DNA of 54,921 nucleotides from a virus (Duplodnaviria; Caudoviricetes): IMG/VR virus record IMGVR_UViG_3300050003_000010, positions 1 to 54,921 of that record; one strand, 5' to 3'. Shown piece by piece: positions 46,050 to 54,327 of this stretch (position 1 is its first letter; each line of letters starts with the position of its first letter). The notes under the pieces were generated by a model. It saw only the letters and a program-made list of their open reading frames with translations, ran no database searches and was not told where the DNA came from. The position numbers and the translations under genes were made by a program.

Positions 46050-46411
46050 CGCGCCGTCCGCTCCGTGCGCAGGTGCCCGCTCACGATCATGTCGGCCTCG
46101 GTGGTGCTCGACTGCTGGAGCCACAGAGCCCAGGTCGCGGCGTGCGACAGAGCGGCGGTGATGGTCGAGGTGATCACGAAGGACACGCCGCCGCCCGCGT
46201 CATCCACCGTGATGGTGCCGCCGATCGCGCTGGGCGGTGTGCCGCGGACGAGGCGGACGACATCCTCGCCCTGGTCCTCGACGACGAGCGTGACGGTCAG
46301 GCCGCCCAGCGGTCGGGGTGTGCCGCCGGTCTCGATGCGGATGGTGCGGGAGAGGGCTTCGCCTCGGGCGCACCGCAGGTCGCAGGTGGGGATGTCGCCG
46401 GAGATGAGCAC
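46046..46411 (-). CDS. BppU/LtfC-like fibre adaptor candidate
   Basis: DL...RG....RTI......P..L.G.T...ITVDD.GG.VSF.IT...TAAL; coupled to collagen gene. Confidence 0.55.
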
Positions 46412-46432
46412 GGGGTCTCACCTCCTTGTGTA

Positions 46433-46903
46433 TCAGGGGCAGTAAGCAGGAACCGCCGCGTCGGTGATGGCGGTTGCCTCGTCGCGGGTGTAGCCCGACT
46501 TGATGCTGCCGGTGATTGCGCGTTCCCGGTCGCCCTGCTGGAGCGAGATGCAGGCCATCCGGCCGACGTGGGGCAGCATGTTGAAGCTGACCTTCGAGCC
46601 GTCGAGGAGCGTCGTCATGCCGCGCTTCCGCAGTTCGGCGATGAACCGGTCGTCCCCGCGGGTCTGCACGTAGGGCGTCGGCGGCGCGGTCGTGACGGGT
46701 GCGGCTGGCTGGCTGGCGGCGACCGGGGCCGGATCATCGCTGCCGCCCGAGCCGCCGTCGCGCATCAGTCCGGCAATGAACAGACCGATGCCGATGGCCA
46801 TGGCGAGCGCAAACCACAGGCCGAGAGCCCGGTTGCTGATGCGCTGGCGCGGCGGTGGCTCCCACGGTCCGGGGTATCCCGGCTGCTGCGGCTGGTGGCT
46901 CAC
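46433..46903 (-). CDS. Membrane-anchored DUF732-like protein
   Basis: One TM; DDRFIAELRKRG...GRMAC..L..G...AAVPAYCP. Confidence 0.7.
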   Translation of the reverse strand: MSHQPQQPGYPGPWEPPPRQRISNRALGLWFALAMAIGIGLFIAGLMRDGGSGGSDDPAPVAASQPAAPVTTAPPTPYVQTRGDDRFIAELRKRGMTTLLDGSKVSFNMLPHVGRMACISLQQGDRERAITGSIKSGYTRDEATAITDAAVPAYCP

Positions 46904-46987
46904 TGGTCCCCCCACGGGTTCGAGTCCCGGGGAGGCTACGCCCGCCGGCCGCGGCGGCGTTGGGGGTTGGCCGAGTCGTGACATGGC

Positions 46988-47022
46988 GAGAGCCCCGGGC
47001 CGGTGTCGGCTCTCGGGGCTCT
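46988..47022. terminator. Strong hairpin upstream of DUF732-like gene
   Basis: GAGAGCCCCG...CGGGGCTCTC inverted repeat. Confidence 0.55.
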
Positions 47023-47083
47023 CGGTGTCTGCAGGCACAGTGGGTGCACTGTGATCACATAGTCTTCGGCGCAGGTCAGCGTG

Positions 47084-47284
47084 TCAAGCTACGTTGACGT
47101 CGTACTCGGCGGCGTGTCGCCGGTCGCATGCGGCCTGGATGTCGCCGAGGCGGTACAGGCGCCGGCGCGGGGTGCCGTACGCGCGGATTCCGTCCTCGCT
47201 CACCCACCGGTAGATGGTGCCGACGGCGACCCCGTAGAACGCCGCGTAGGTCTGGGCGCTGGCCCGATGGTCCAGGTTGGGCAT
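47084..47284 (-). CDS. Small MerR-like HTH protein (possible late regulator)
   Basis: AAFYGVAVGTIYRWVSED...RRRLYRLGDI; last gene before the late module. Confidence 0.75.
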   Translation of the reverse strand: MPNLDHRASAQTYAAFYGVAVGTIYRWVSEDGIRAYGTPRRRLYRLGDIQAACDRRHAAEYDVNVA

Positions 47285-47304
47285 GATCCGATGATCGCAC
47301 CACG

Positions 47305-47775
47305 TCAGTCCCAGCGTCGCCTGTCGCGCCTCAGCTTCGCCACGGCTCTATCCTCGTCGTCCATGGACGCTGCGTAAGCCGCGTATCCGTCGAGCTGAGC
47401 TTCTTCGGCCGGGTTGTCTTCCTGCTTGGTGCCGTTCGGGTCGCCGCCGAACTTCTTCCACACCTCGCGGCAGACCGCCGCATGTCGGGCGCGCTCCTCC
47501 GGCGTCAATGACCTGGCTTCGCGCTCGATTTGCACTTGCTCCTCCTCCGCCCACTGGCGCAGGCGAGGGTCGCTGGGCAAGGTGCCGCCGACAGCCAGAG
47601 CCTGGCGCGCTGGGCACGGATTGTGCCCCTCGCCGAACGTCACCACGGTATCGGTGTGTTCGCGGTCGTCGTCGCCGACCCGCAGGGACTCAATGCCGCC
47701 GAGCGCTGCCCACTCGCGCACGTACGGCAGCCCACAGTCGGAGCAGGTGGCCAAGTCGGGTGTCGATCCGGTCAC
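47305..47775 (-). CDS. Hypothetical protein
   Basis: CSDCG...HNPC; GTGA overlap. Confidence 0.55.
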   Translation of the reverse strand: MTGSTPDLATCSDCGLPYVREWAALGGIESLRVGDDDREHTDTVVTFGEGHNPCPARQALAVGGTLPSDPRLRQWAEEEQVQIEREARSLTPEERARHAAVCREVWKKFGGDPNGTKQEDNPAEEAQLDGYAAYAASMDDEDRAVAKLRRDRRRWD

Positions 47776-48071
47776 GGCCGCCACCCTTCCTGTTCGGCCA
47801 CCGCGAGGGCGCGCTGCAGCCGCTGAACCTCGGCCGCCCACTCGGCTGCGGTGTGCGTCTCCGCGTGCGCCCTGACGATGGCCTCTCGCTGCTGGGCTCG
47901 CTCGGCAATGTCCCGGTTGATCGCCCCGTCGATGTCGAGCGCGCCGTCTGGCCCGCGTTCGACCACGTACCGTCGGGGGCCGCCTGTGGGCTCGTCGTGA
48001 TGCCAGGGGCACGCCTCGATCGGGCAGTGGTGGCGGAACGCGTCGAGGGCGCGCACGTACTCGGTGGTCAC
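47772..48071 (-). CDS. Hypothetical protein (CPIEACPWHH...H.ETH)
   Basis: GGAGG RBS before GTG. Confidence 0.65.
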   Translation of the reverse strand: MTTEYVRALDAFRHHCPIEACPWHHDEPTGGPRRYVVERGPDGALDIDGAINRDIAERAQQREAIVRAHAETHTAAEWAAEVQRLQRALAVAEQEGWRP

Positions 48072-48125
48072 GGCGCCTCCCGGGCGGTGGTGTTCATGGT
48101 TCATCCTCTCGCGGCGGGGCGACAG

Positions 48126-48365
48126 CTACAGGTGGTCGAGCAAGGCGGGGCCGAAGAGGACGGCCAGGACGATCGCGGCGATGACGTAGTACTGGATCGG
48201 CAGATCCCCGAGCCTGGTGCGGACCTCGATCATCTGCTCGCCGTCGGGCACATGTCCGCCATGGCGACGGCGTCGATGCTCGTCCCGCTCGTACAAGAAG
48301 GCGTCGTGGCCGTGCACGCGAGGGGACGTCGTGCGGCACTGCTCGCACCGGTAGCGGTAGCTCAT
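48126..48365 (-). CDS. C2H2-like zinc-finger protein with C-terminal TM helix
   Basis: YRCEQC...EHRRRRHGG...YYVIAAIVLAVLFG. Confidence 0.7.
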   Translation of the reverse strand: MSYRYRCEQCRTTSPRVHGHDAFLYERDEHRRRRHGGHVPDGEQMIEVRTRLGDLPIQYYVIAAIVLAVLFGPALLDHL

Positions 48366-48382
48366 GAATGCCCCATTTCGGA

Positions 48383-49369
48383 TCACCGCCCATCATGCTC
48401 GATCCGCCATGCTTCGGGGCCGAGTTCGGGATCACGGACGTACCGAATTCCGCGTTCGGACCACTCTCCGGTCCCCTCTCCGCTGCTCTCCGCCTCCGGA
48501 GAGTTCGCAGGTCGGAGGGGTGGAGAGTGGAGCGGAGAGTGGCCGGGGGGCATCTCGGGGGAGAGCGGCGGGAGTTGGCTGCGGTGCACTCCTGCGCAGC
48601 CCGGTACGCCCCCCGCGCGGAACTTGCGAGTGGGGTCGTAGCCGGCCCTGCGGAGGAGGTCGGACAGGTGCTTGTCGGAGGCCCCGGCCAGGCCCGGGAG
48701 GCGGTCCCGCATGGCCGGCCTGAGGGTGGCCAGGTGGACCCCGTTGTCGTCCCCGATCAGCTCCCGAATCAGGGCCGTCAGCGGGGGCTCGGAGGGGGCC
48801 GCGGGCAGGTCGGCCGCGGGGGCGGCTTTGCGGCGGCCGGCGAATCGGGCGACGAGGCCGCCGCGTTGCTCGGCCGGAGCGGCTGGAGTCTTCTTCGGCG
48901 CGGGCTTGGGGGAGTCGAGTCCGGGAAGTCGGCCCAGGCCCGCGAGGAGCACGGCGGCCAGCAGCCCGCCGGCGGCAATCCACGGCCCGGCCGGGTGCGA
49001 GGCCGCGGTCCGCCCGGCCCCGTACACGACGGCCAGGGCAATGCCGATGCGGGCGAGGGCGCTCCCCCGTCCGATCCGGCCGGACAGCCAGGCACCCGCG
49101 AGGGCCAGGAGGACGCGCAGCCCGCGGCCGAGGACGCGCAGGAGCCGGCCGGTCCCCCGGGCCAGGGCGCGGCCGGCGGTGGCCATGTGTGGCGCGAGGT
49201 CGGTGAGTTGGCGGAGGTCGAGGTATGGCCGCAGGTCCGGCATGGTCGCGATGCCGCGGCCGGGCCGCTCGTCGTCGACCGGGGCGGGGGGAGTGGTGGC
49301 CTGCTCCCCCGGGCCCGGCTCCTCGTCGGGGTCGGGCTCGGGGACGGCGTGCAGGTGGGCGGCGCTCAT
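48383..49369 (-). CDS. Membrane protein with putative C-terminal winged-helix domain
   Basis: Three hydrophobic segments, Pro/Ala linker, then LIRELIG.DNGVHLATL...LSDLLRRAG...AGVHRSQLP. Confidence 0.75.
   Translation of the reverse strand: MSAAHLHAVPEPDPDEEPGPGEQATTPPAPVDDERPGRGIATMPDLRPYLDLRQLTDLAPHMATAGRALARGTGRLLRVLGRGLRVLLALAGAWLSGRIGRGSALARIGIALAVVYGAGRTAASHPAGPWIAAGGLLAAVLLAGLGRLPGLDSPKPAPKKTPAAPAEQRGGLVARFAGRRKAAPAADLPAAPSEPPLTALIRELIGDDNGVHLATLRPAMRDRLPGLAGASDKHLSDLLRRAGYDPTRKFRAGGVPGCAGVHRSQLPPLSPEMPPGHSPLHSPPLRPANSPEAESSGEGTGEWSERGIRYVRDPELGPEAWRIEHDGR
48461..48568. repeat. GGAGAG/CTCTCC repeat cluster (7 copies, inverted arrangement)
   Basis: CTCTCC at 48464, 48476, 48486; GGAGAG at 48498, 48522, 48534, 48560. 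Confidence 0.8.
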
Positions 49370-49773
49370 TCCGCGAGCCTCTGCGCGATCAGGGCGATCT
49401 TGTCGGCGCCGATCCCCCATACTCCGCCGGCGCCGGACGCGACGTACACGAGGAAGATGCCGACCATGGCGACCTGTCGGGTCGAGAGCCGCATGTACAT
49501 GAGCAGGATGACGACGGTGAGGGACATGCCGGGCAGGGTGTAGCCGGGCAGGACGTCGCTGCCGATCCCGACCAGGTCGTTCGCGAGCGTGGATGCGAGG
49601 TCGAAGGGCGGTCCGGCTGCCTTGTAGGCGGAGCCGGCGATCATGGCGAGGGTGAGGGTGGCGCCCCAGCCGAGGGGCTTGGCCTTGCCGCCCGACTTGG
49701 TGCCGAACCACAGGAGCGCGGTGAGGGCGACGGCGAGGCCGACCGGCCCGAGGGTGCCGAGGATGCTGTGCAC
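49366..49773 (-). CDS. Four-TM membrane protein
   Basis: Highly hydrophobic 135 aa; ATGA overlap. Confidence 0.8.
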   Translation of the reverse strand: MHSILGTLGPVGLAVALTALLWFGTKSGGKAKPLGWGATLTLAMIAGSAYKAAGPPFDLASTLANDLVGIGSDVLPGYTLPGMSLTVVILLMYMRLSTRQVAMVGIFLVYVASGAGGVWGIGADKIALIAQRLAE

Positions 49774-49794
49774 GCTGGTCTCCGATCGGGGGCG

Positions 49795-50424
49795 TCAGGC
49801 GGGGATTTCGGTGGTGCCGTACAGCAGGACGCCGACGACGATGGAGATCAGGGGGATGCGGCACGGGAGCGCGAGGGCCCAGTGCCAGCGGCGGGTGGTG
49901 TGGTCGCAGGCCCAGATCAGGGCGGTGACGAGGTACCAGGTGTAGACGTGGACGTCGGTCCACGAGTGGTAGGTGTCGACGAGGTACGCGGTCTGTGCGG
50001 TGGCGAGCTGCGGGAGGTGGAGCGCGAACCCGGCGGCGAGCGCGGTGCTGTTGTACAGCGCCCACCTGTTGCGGGCGGGCATGTGCCGCCACCACTCGAC
50101 GGGCGTCTGCCGGGGGGTGTGGCGCGGCTCTCGGTACCTCGGGCGGGTGTGGGCGCCGGCGCCGCGGGGATCCCAGCGGCGCCGCGGTGTCTCGGGCTCG
50201 TCGTCGCTGTCTTCCTCGTACTCCCCCTCGTCCTCGGGCTCTTCGTCCTCGGGGCCCTCGTCGAGTGCGTCCTCGGTGAGGTCGGGCTGCGGGCCCTTGC
50301 GCCAGTGCGGGATGCGCGGGGTGCGTGCCGGCTTGGTCGGGTCGGTCGGTGCCGGAGCCGCCGGAGCGGAGGGTGCGGCGAAGGGGTCGATCTCGGTTTC
50401 GGGGTTGCTGATGATCTTGGGCAT
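49795..50424 (-). CDS. Membrane protein with acidic/Pro-rich N-terminus and three C-terminal TMs
   Basis: MPKIISNPETE...EDEEPEDEGEYEED...WALYNSTALAAG. Confidence 0.7.
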   Translation of the reverse strand: MPKIISNPETEIDPFAAPSAPAAPAPTDPTKPARTPRIPHWRKGPQPDLTEDALDEGPEDEEPEDEGEYEEDSDDEPETPRRRWDPRGAGAHTRPRYREPRHTPRQTPVEWWRHMPARNRWALYNSTALAAGFALHLPQLATAQTAYLVDTYHSWTDVHVYTWYLVTALIWACDHTTRRWHWALALPCRIPLISIVVGVLLYGTTEIPA

Positions 50425-50488
50425 GGTGGTCCCGTCGTGGGGCCCGGGGGTGGCGCGCGGCGCCTGCTCGCCCGGGGTGGTGTGTGGG

Positions 50489-51529
50489 TCAGGCGGAGCG
50501 CTTGCGGCCTCGCGCGGCCCTGAGGATGTAGTCGCGCGTCGCATTCGGCCAGACTGCACGGACTGCGGCAACGACCTCGTCCGGCGTCTGGGTGACCTCG
50601 TTCCAGACGCGACGGGCAGTGTCTGCCACGGTCTGGTCTGTGTCTGAGGCTGCGTCTGCCTGAATCCAGACTGTGGTCTGTGACCTGCGGGTCTGCTGTC
50701 CGGATGTGTCTGCGTGCACCGACGTCTGCGTGTCCGGCGGCGCGTCCGCGGGTGTCTGGGCGGACGGCTCGGCGCGAACAACCGGTGGCGCCTCAGGCAT
50801 TGCCGGCGCGGGTGTCTGAACCGGCGCCGCAGGCAGTCCGGGCATGTCTGTCGATGGCCCGAACGCGGCAGCCTCGGCGTTGAGAATGCGCCGTGCGCGC
50901 GAGGCCCGACGTTTGACGGCGACCAGGGCGACACCGGCGCTTGCCGCCGCGTCTTCCTGCCTGACCCATGCTTCAGTGAGCGGGTCGAACCGGGGTGCGC
51001 AGTACCGCATCACGACGACGACGGCGACCTTGGCGAGTGCGGACACTCCCGCGCCGGCCACGCCGACCCAGGGCTTGCCGATTGCCCAGCCGTGGGCTGC
51101 GATGGCGGCCATCGCTACGACGAGGGCGGCGTGTCCGGCCTTGCGCGCGCCGGCCGCGCGGCGGGGGTCGAAGCGGCTGAGCCATTCGACGCCGAGGCAC
51201 ACGATCCAGGTCAGGTCGAATACGGCGGCGGCGAGGTATGCGGCGAGGGCCGGGGCGACCAGGCACAGCAGTGCGCCGATCGACACGGTGGACCAGGAGA
51301 CTGCGGCGGTGACCATGACGGACGCCGCGGTGACAATCCCGACGAAGATCACGTGGTCCCAGTCCCGCGGAGGTAGGGGAATGCGAACGGTGTAGGTCTC
51401 CGGAACGACGCGGGTGATGCCGTCGATGGTGTGCTCGACGTGGCGTACGCGTTCGATCTTGCGGGTGCGGACGTCGGGTGTGCCGCCGGCGGTTGGTGGC
51501 GGGGGCCGCATAAGGTTCTGTTCAGCCAT
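50489..51529 (-). CDS. SpdB/DUF2637-like four-TM protein with QT-rich linker and short helical C-terminal domain
   Basis: PLPPRDWD...WSTVSIG.LL...AAVFDL.WIVC...EWL.RFDP.RA; GGAG RBS. Confidence 0.75.
   Translation of the reverse strand: MAEQNLMRPPPPTAGGTPDVRTRKIERVRHVEHTIDGITRVVPETYTVRIPLPPRDWDHVIFVGIVTAASVMVTAAVSWSTVSIGALLCLVAPALAAYLAAAVFDLTWIVCLGVEWLSRFDPRRAAGARKAGHAALVVAMAAIAAHGWAIGKPWVGVAGAGVSALAKVAVVVVMRYCAPRFDPLTEAWVRQEDAAASAGVALVAVKRRASRARRILNAEAAAFGPSTDMPGLPAAPVQTPAPAMPEAPPVVRAEPSAQTPADAPPDTQTSVHADTSGQQTRRSQTTVWIQADAASDTDQTVADTARRVWNEVTQTPDEVVAAVRAVWPNATRDYILRAARGRKRSA
50586..50850. repeat. Intragenic GTCTG (CAGAC) repeat cluster
   Basis: 13 GTCTG plus 2 inverted copies in about 265 bp. 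Confidence 0.85.
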
Positions 51530-51599
51530 CGGGAGGTCTCGTCTCCGCTGGTGGTGAGGGCCCGGTTCTGGGGGTGTGAGAGTCCCTGGAGCCGGGCCC

Positions 51600-51740
51600 G
51601 TCTGCGTCTGTGGCAGTTCGCTGGCGGCGGTGCTGGCCGGCGATGCCGTAGAGCAGCCTACCGGATGGGGCAAGCCGACAGACACGTTCAGACAGGCGTG
51701 TCTGGGTGGTGTCTGGGTGTGTCTGTGGTGTCTGGTCTGG
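51600..51740. repeat. Upstream GTCTG (CAGAC) repeat cluster, putative operator
   Basis: GTCTG at 51600, 51606, 51700, 51711, 51721, 51730, 51735; CAGAC at 51679, 51689. Confidence 0.85.
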
Positions 51741-51741
51741 G

Positions 51742-51981
51742 TCAGCCGCGCCGCTCGACGGTCGAGTAGACCTCGCCGGTGACGCTTGCGACCGACTCGG
51801 CCGGGACGGCCATCACGTAGACGTCCTCCTCGCCGGCGGTCCACCCGGTGTACTCCACGACGGCCCACCACGCGCCGTGCTCGTCCCGGCTCCACCATCT
51901 GATGCGGGCGTCGAGGATGCCGCCGCGGGGCTGGGTGACGCGCACACATGGCAGGTGTGCGGTCGGGGTGCGCGTGTCCAT
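51742..51981 (-). CDS. Small SH3-like hypothetical protein
   Basis: VRVT...DARIRWWSRDEHGAWWAVVEY. Confidence 0.65.
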   Translation of the reverse strand: MDTRTPTAHLPCVRVTQPRGGILDARIRWWSRDEHGAWWAVVEYTGWTAGEEDVYVMAVPAESVASVTGEVYSTVERRG

Positions 51982-52030
51982 GGGGTCATCGTGGCGGCTG
52001 GGGCCCCCGGATGTCGCCGACTCCCGGGCC

Positions 52031-52723
52031 TTACGCCGCCGACGCGCCCCGCGCCCCCATCGACAGCGCCAGTCGCATCCACTGCCGCGGCCCGGTCGAC
52101 CGCCCGCACTCCGGGCACACGATCACCAGATCCCCGACCGCCACCGTCAGCCGCTCCCCGCACGCGCACACACCCGCGATCAGGGCGCGCTCGCCCTGGA
52201 TCGCAGCCTCCAGGGTGCGGAGGATCGAACGGGCCCTGGAGGCCGCGTAGTCCAGCGTCGCCGGTGACACGCCGTCCTCGAGGCGTCCGACGATCCACGT
52301 GATCGCCCAGTCGATGCCGTGCCGCCAGGACTCCGCGTAGTGCCAGGCCCGCGGATCGTCGGGGTCGGGCGGCGCCTGGGCGGCCGAGGCGATGTGGTCG
52401 GCGAGGTCGAGGATGTCGGCGCGGATGCGTTCGGCCGCCGGCGCGGCGTCGAGGTCGCACGGGGCGGGGCTCGCGCCGCGGCCGTGGATGCCGAGCTGGA
52501 CCTCGTGGCGCTCCTCGATCCAGAGGTCGTACCGGGCCTGGAGCACCTCGGGCGTGGGTTCGCGGCGTGGCCGCGGCGGCCGGCGGGTGCCCATTTGGCC
52601 GTTGAGGGAGGGCATGATCCGCCGGATGGACTTGAGGTCGCGGATCGTGTTGTCGAGCTGCACGGTGGCTCCTGCGGTCGTGCGGGTGGAGGGTCGGTGT
52701 CGCTCTGGTCTCGTATTGATCAA
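52031..52723 (-). CDS. Zinc-finger protein, possible late-gene regulator
   Basis: GASPAP.DLD...C-terminal CACGERL...CPECG. Confidence 0.65.
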   Translation of the reverse strand: MINTRPERHRPSTRTTAGATVQLDNTIRDLKSIRRIMPSLNGQMGTRRPPRPRREPTPEVLQARYDLWIEERHEVQLGIHGRGASPAPCDLDAAPAAERIRADILDLADHIASAAQAPPDPDDPRAWHYAESWRHGIDWAITWIVGRLEDGVSPATLDYAASRARSILRTLEAAIQGERALIAGVCACGERLTVAVGDLVIVCPECGRSTGPRQWMRLALSMGARGASAA

Positions 52724-52840
52724 GGTGTGGCGTATGCCGGATGGCGGGCGTAGCGTCCCTGGTCCGGTCCACCCCCCCGGGCCGGCGTCGGGCCCGCGCT
52801 CCCCGGACTCCCCTGGGTCGAGCAGCGGGCCCTCGGCGCG

Positions 52841-53245
52841 TCAGATGGGTCGGCTGTTGGTGTGGTCGCAGCGTTCGGACAGGAGGGCCATGACGTCTGC
52901 ACGGATTGCGCGCGCCGCGATACGCGCGTACTCGTGGGCGACTTGGCCGACGATCGGGAACAGCGCCTCGCGGACCGACGCTCGCATCCGGGCGAGTTCG
53001 GTCGGCTCCCCGCAGGTCCAGCACGTGGGACCGACGCACATGTGCGACGGAACGGGGGCTGGCGTGCTCTGCTTGTCCGCGAGCTTGGCGGCCTCCCATG
53101 GGGGCAGCCCAGTGTTGTTGCGGAGCCTTCCCTTGATGAGCCCCACGAGTTGCTTGGCCGTGGCTTGGTCGAGGGGAAGGTGCTCGCCCACGAGGCATTC
53201 GGTGCACCCACAGCCGACTGGGTCGAGGGCGACGGGCTCGGTCAC
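52841..53245 (-). CDS. Cys-rich hypothetical protein
   Basis: GCGCTECLVGE..PLDQAT; CWTC. Confidence 0.65.
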   Translation of the reverse strand: MTEPVALDPVGCGCTECLVGEHLPLDQATAKQLVGLIKGRLRNNTGLPPWEAAKLADKQSTPAPVPSHMCVGPTCWTCGEPTELARMRASVREALFPIVGQVAHEYARIAARAIRADVMALLSERCDHTNSRPI

Positions 53246-53481
53246 TTCGGCTCCCGGTTGTCGAGGGCGGTGCGGATGCGGCCGAGGATCTCGGCGGTGG
53301 TCGAGATGACCTCGCACCCGCAGTCCGGGTTGTGTCGCGTGGCCCAGTCGGCGGTCTCGGTCTCGATGACGGTGCATGCGTCCCGCCCACGCTGCACCAC
53401 GGCGGCGAGTTGGTCCCGTTCGGCGTACAGCTCGTCGAGGTCGTCGCTGCTGAGCCGGTCGATGTGGATGCGGTCGGTCAT
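53242..53481 (-). CDS. Hypothetical protein
   Basis: IDRLSSDDLDELYAERD. Confidence 0.7.
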   Translation of the reverse strand: MTDRIHIDRLSSDDLDELYAERDQLAAVVQRGRDACTVIETETADWATRHNPDCGCEVISTTAEILGRIRTALDNREPK

Positions 53482-53699
53482 GTCTGCTCGCCTTCCGGGT
53501 CCGCCGGGCGGGTGGTCCGGCCGGTCAGGTACTGGTAGTTGGCGACGGCGCGGGCCCGGTCGAGTACAACCGGGGGTACGCCCTGGAGGGCGTCGGCGAG
53601 GCAGGGCCAGCCGTCGTCGTGGGTGCCGTGCTCGTCCTCGTAGGTGTCGAGGGCGATGATCAGGTCGGTGACCCAGGCGGGCGTGTGGGGCTCGGTCAT
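53478..53699 (-). CDS. Hypothetical protein
   Basis: MTEPHTPAWV; ATGA overlaps. Confidence 0.65.
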   Translation of the reverse strand: MTEPHTPAWVTDLIIALDTYEDEHGTHDDGWPCLADALQGVPPVVLDRARAVANYQYLTGRTTRPADPEGEQT

Positions 53700-54097
53700 G
53701 TCGGGTCGGCCTCCTCGTGGGTCCAGATGTGCTGGTAGGTGCAGCCGGGTGCGGGGTCGTCGTGGTCGCCGGGGCCGTGGACGGTGACCGAGGTGGGTCG
53801 TCCGTCGCGGTCGGCGGTGAGGTTGATGACGACGCCGCCGATGTTCATCCACCAGGAGCCGACGTCCATCTGTTCGATGTGGAGCCAGCCGCCGACAACC
53901 AGCTCGTCGAACTCCGTCGGCGGGAGGGCGTGGGTGGTGGACCAGGGGCTGTCGGGTGTGGTGCCGCCGAGGCCGGGTGTGCTGGTGACGTGGTGGGCGG
54001 GGCCGGATGTGCCTTCGCGGTGGCCGGGTTCGCGGCCGGCCCATTCGTGGACGAGGAGGCGCCAGGGTGCGCCGGCGCGGCGGAGTCGGCGGGTCAT
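53696..54097 (-). CDS. Hypothetical protein
   Basis: EFDELVVGGWLHIEQMD..SWWMNIGG. Confidence 0.75.
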   Translation of the reverse strand: MTRRLRRAGAPWRLLVHEWAGREPGHREGTSGPAHHVTSTPGLGGTTPDSPWSTTHALPPTEFDELVVGGWLHIEQMDVGSWWMNIGGVVINLTADRDGRPTSVTVHGPGDHDDPAPGCTYQHIWTHEEADPT

Positions 54098-54327
54098 GTC
54101 GGGTCGGCCTCTCCGGGCTTGATCACGTAGGCGATGTCGGTGTCCAGCCAGGTCAGCAGGGTGACGAGGGCGTCGGCGTCGGGCTTGGCGCCGTTGGCGA
54201 GGCGGGTGAATGTGGTGGCGGAGAGGCGGAGTTCGCGGCCGGGGGCGCGCCAGGACAGGCCGCGGGCGGCGCGGAGGTTGTCGAGGCGGCGGTGGAGTTC
54301 GGGGGCGTCGAGGCGGTAGAGGCTCAC
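54094..54327 (-). CDS. XRE-like HTH protein
   Basis: LDNLRAARGLSWR..GRELRLSATTFTRLANGAKPDADAL. Confidence 0.8.
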   Translation of the reverse strand: MSLYRLDAPELHRRLDNLRAARGLSWRAPGRELRLSATTFTRLANGAKPDADALVTLLTWLDTDIAYVIKPGEADPT

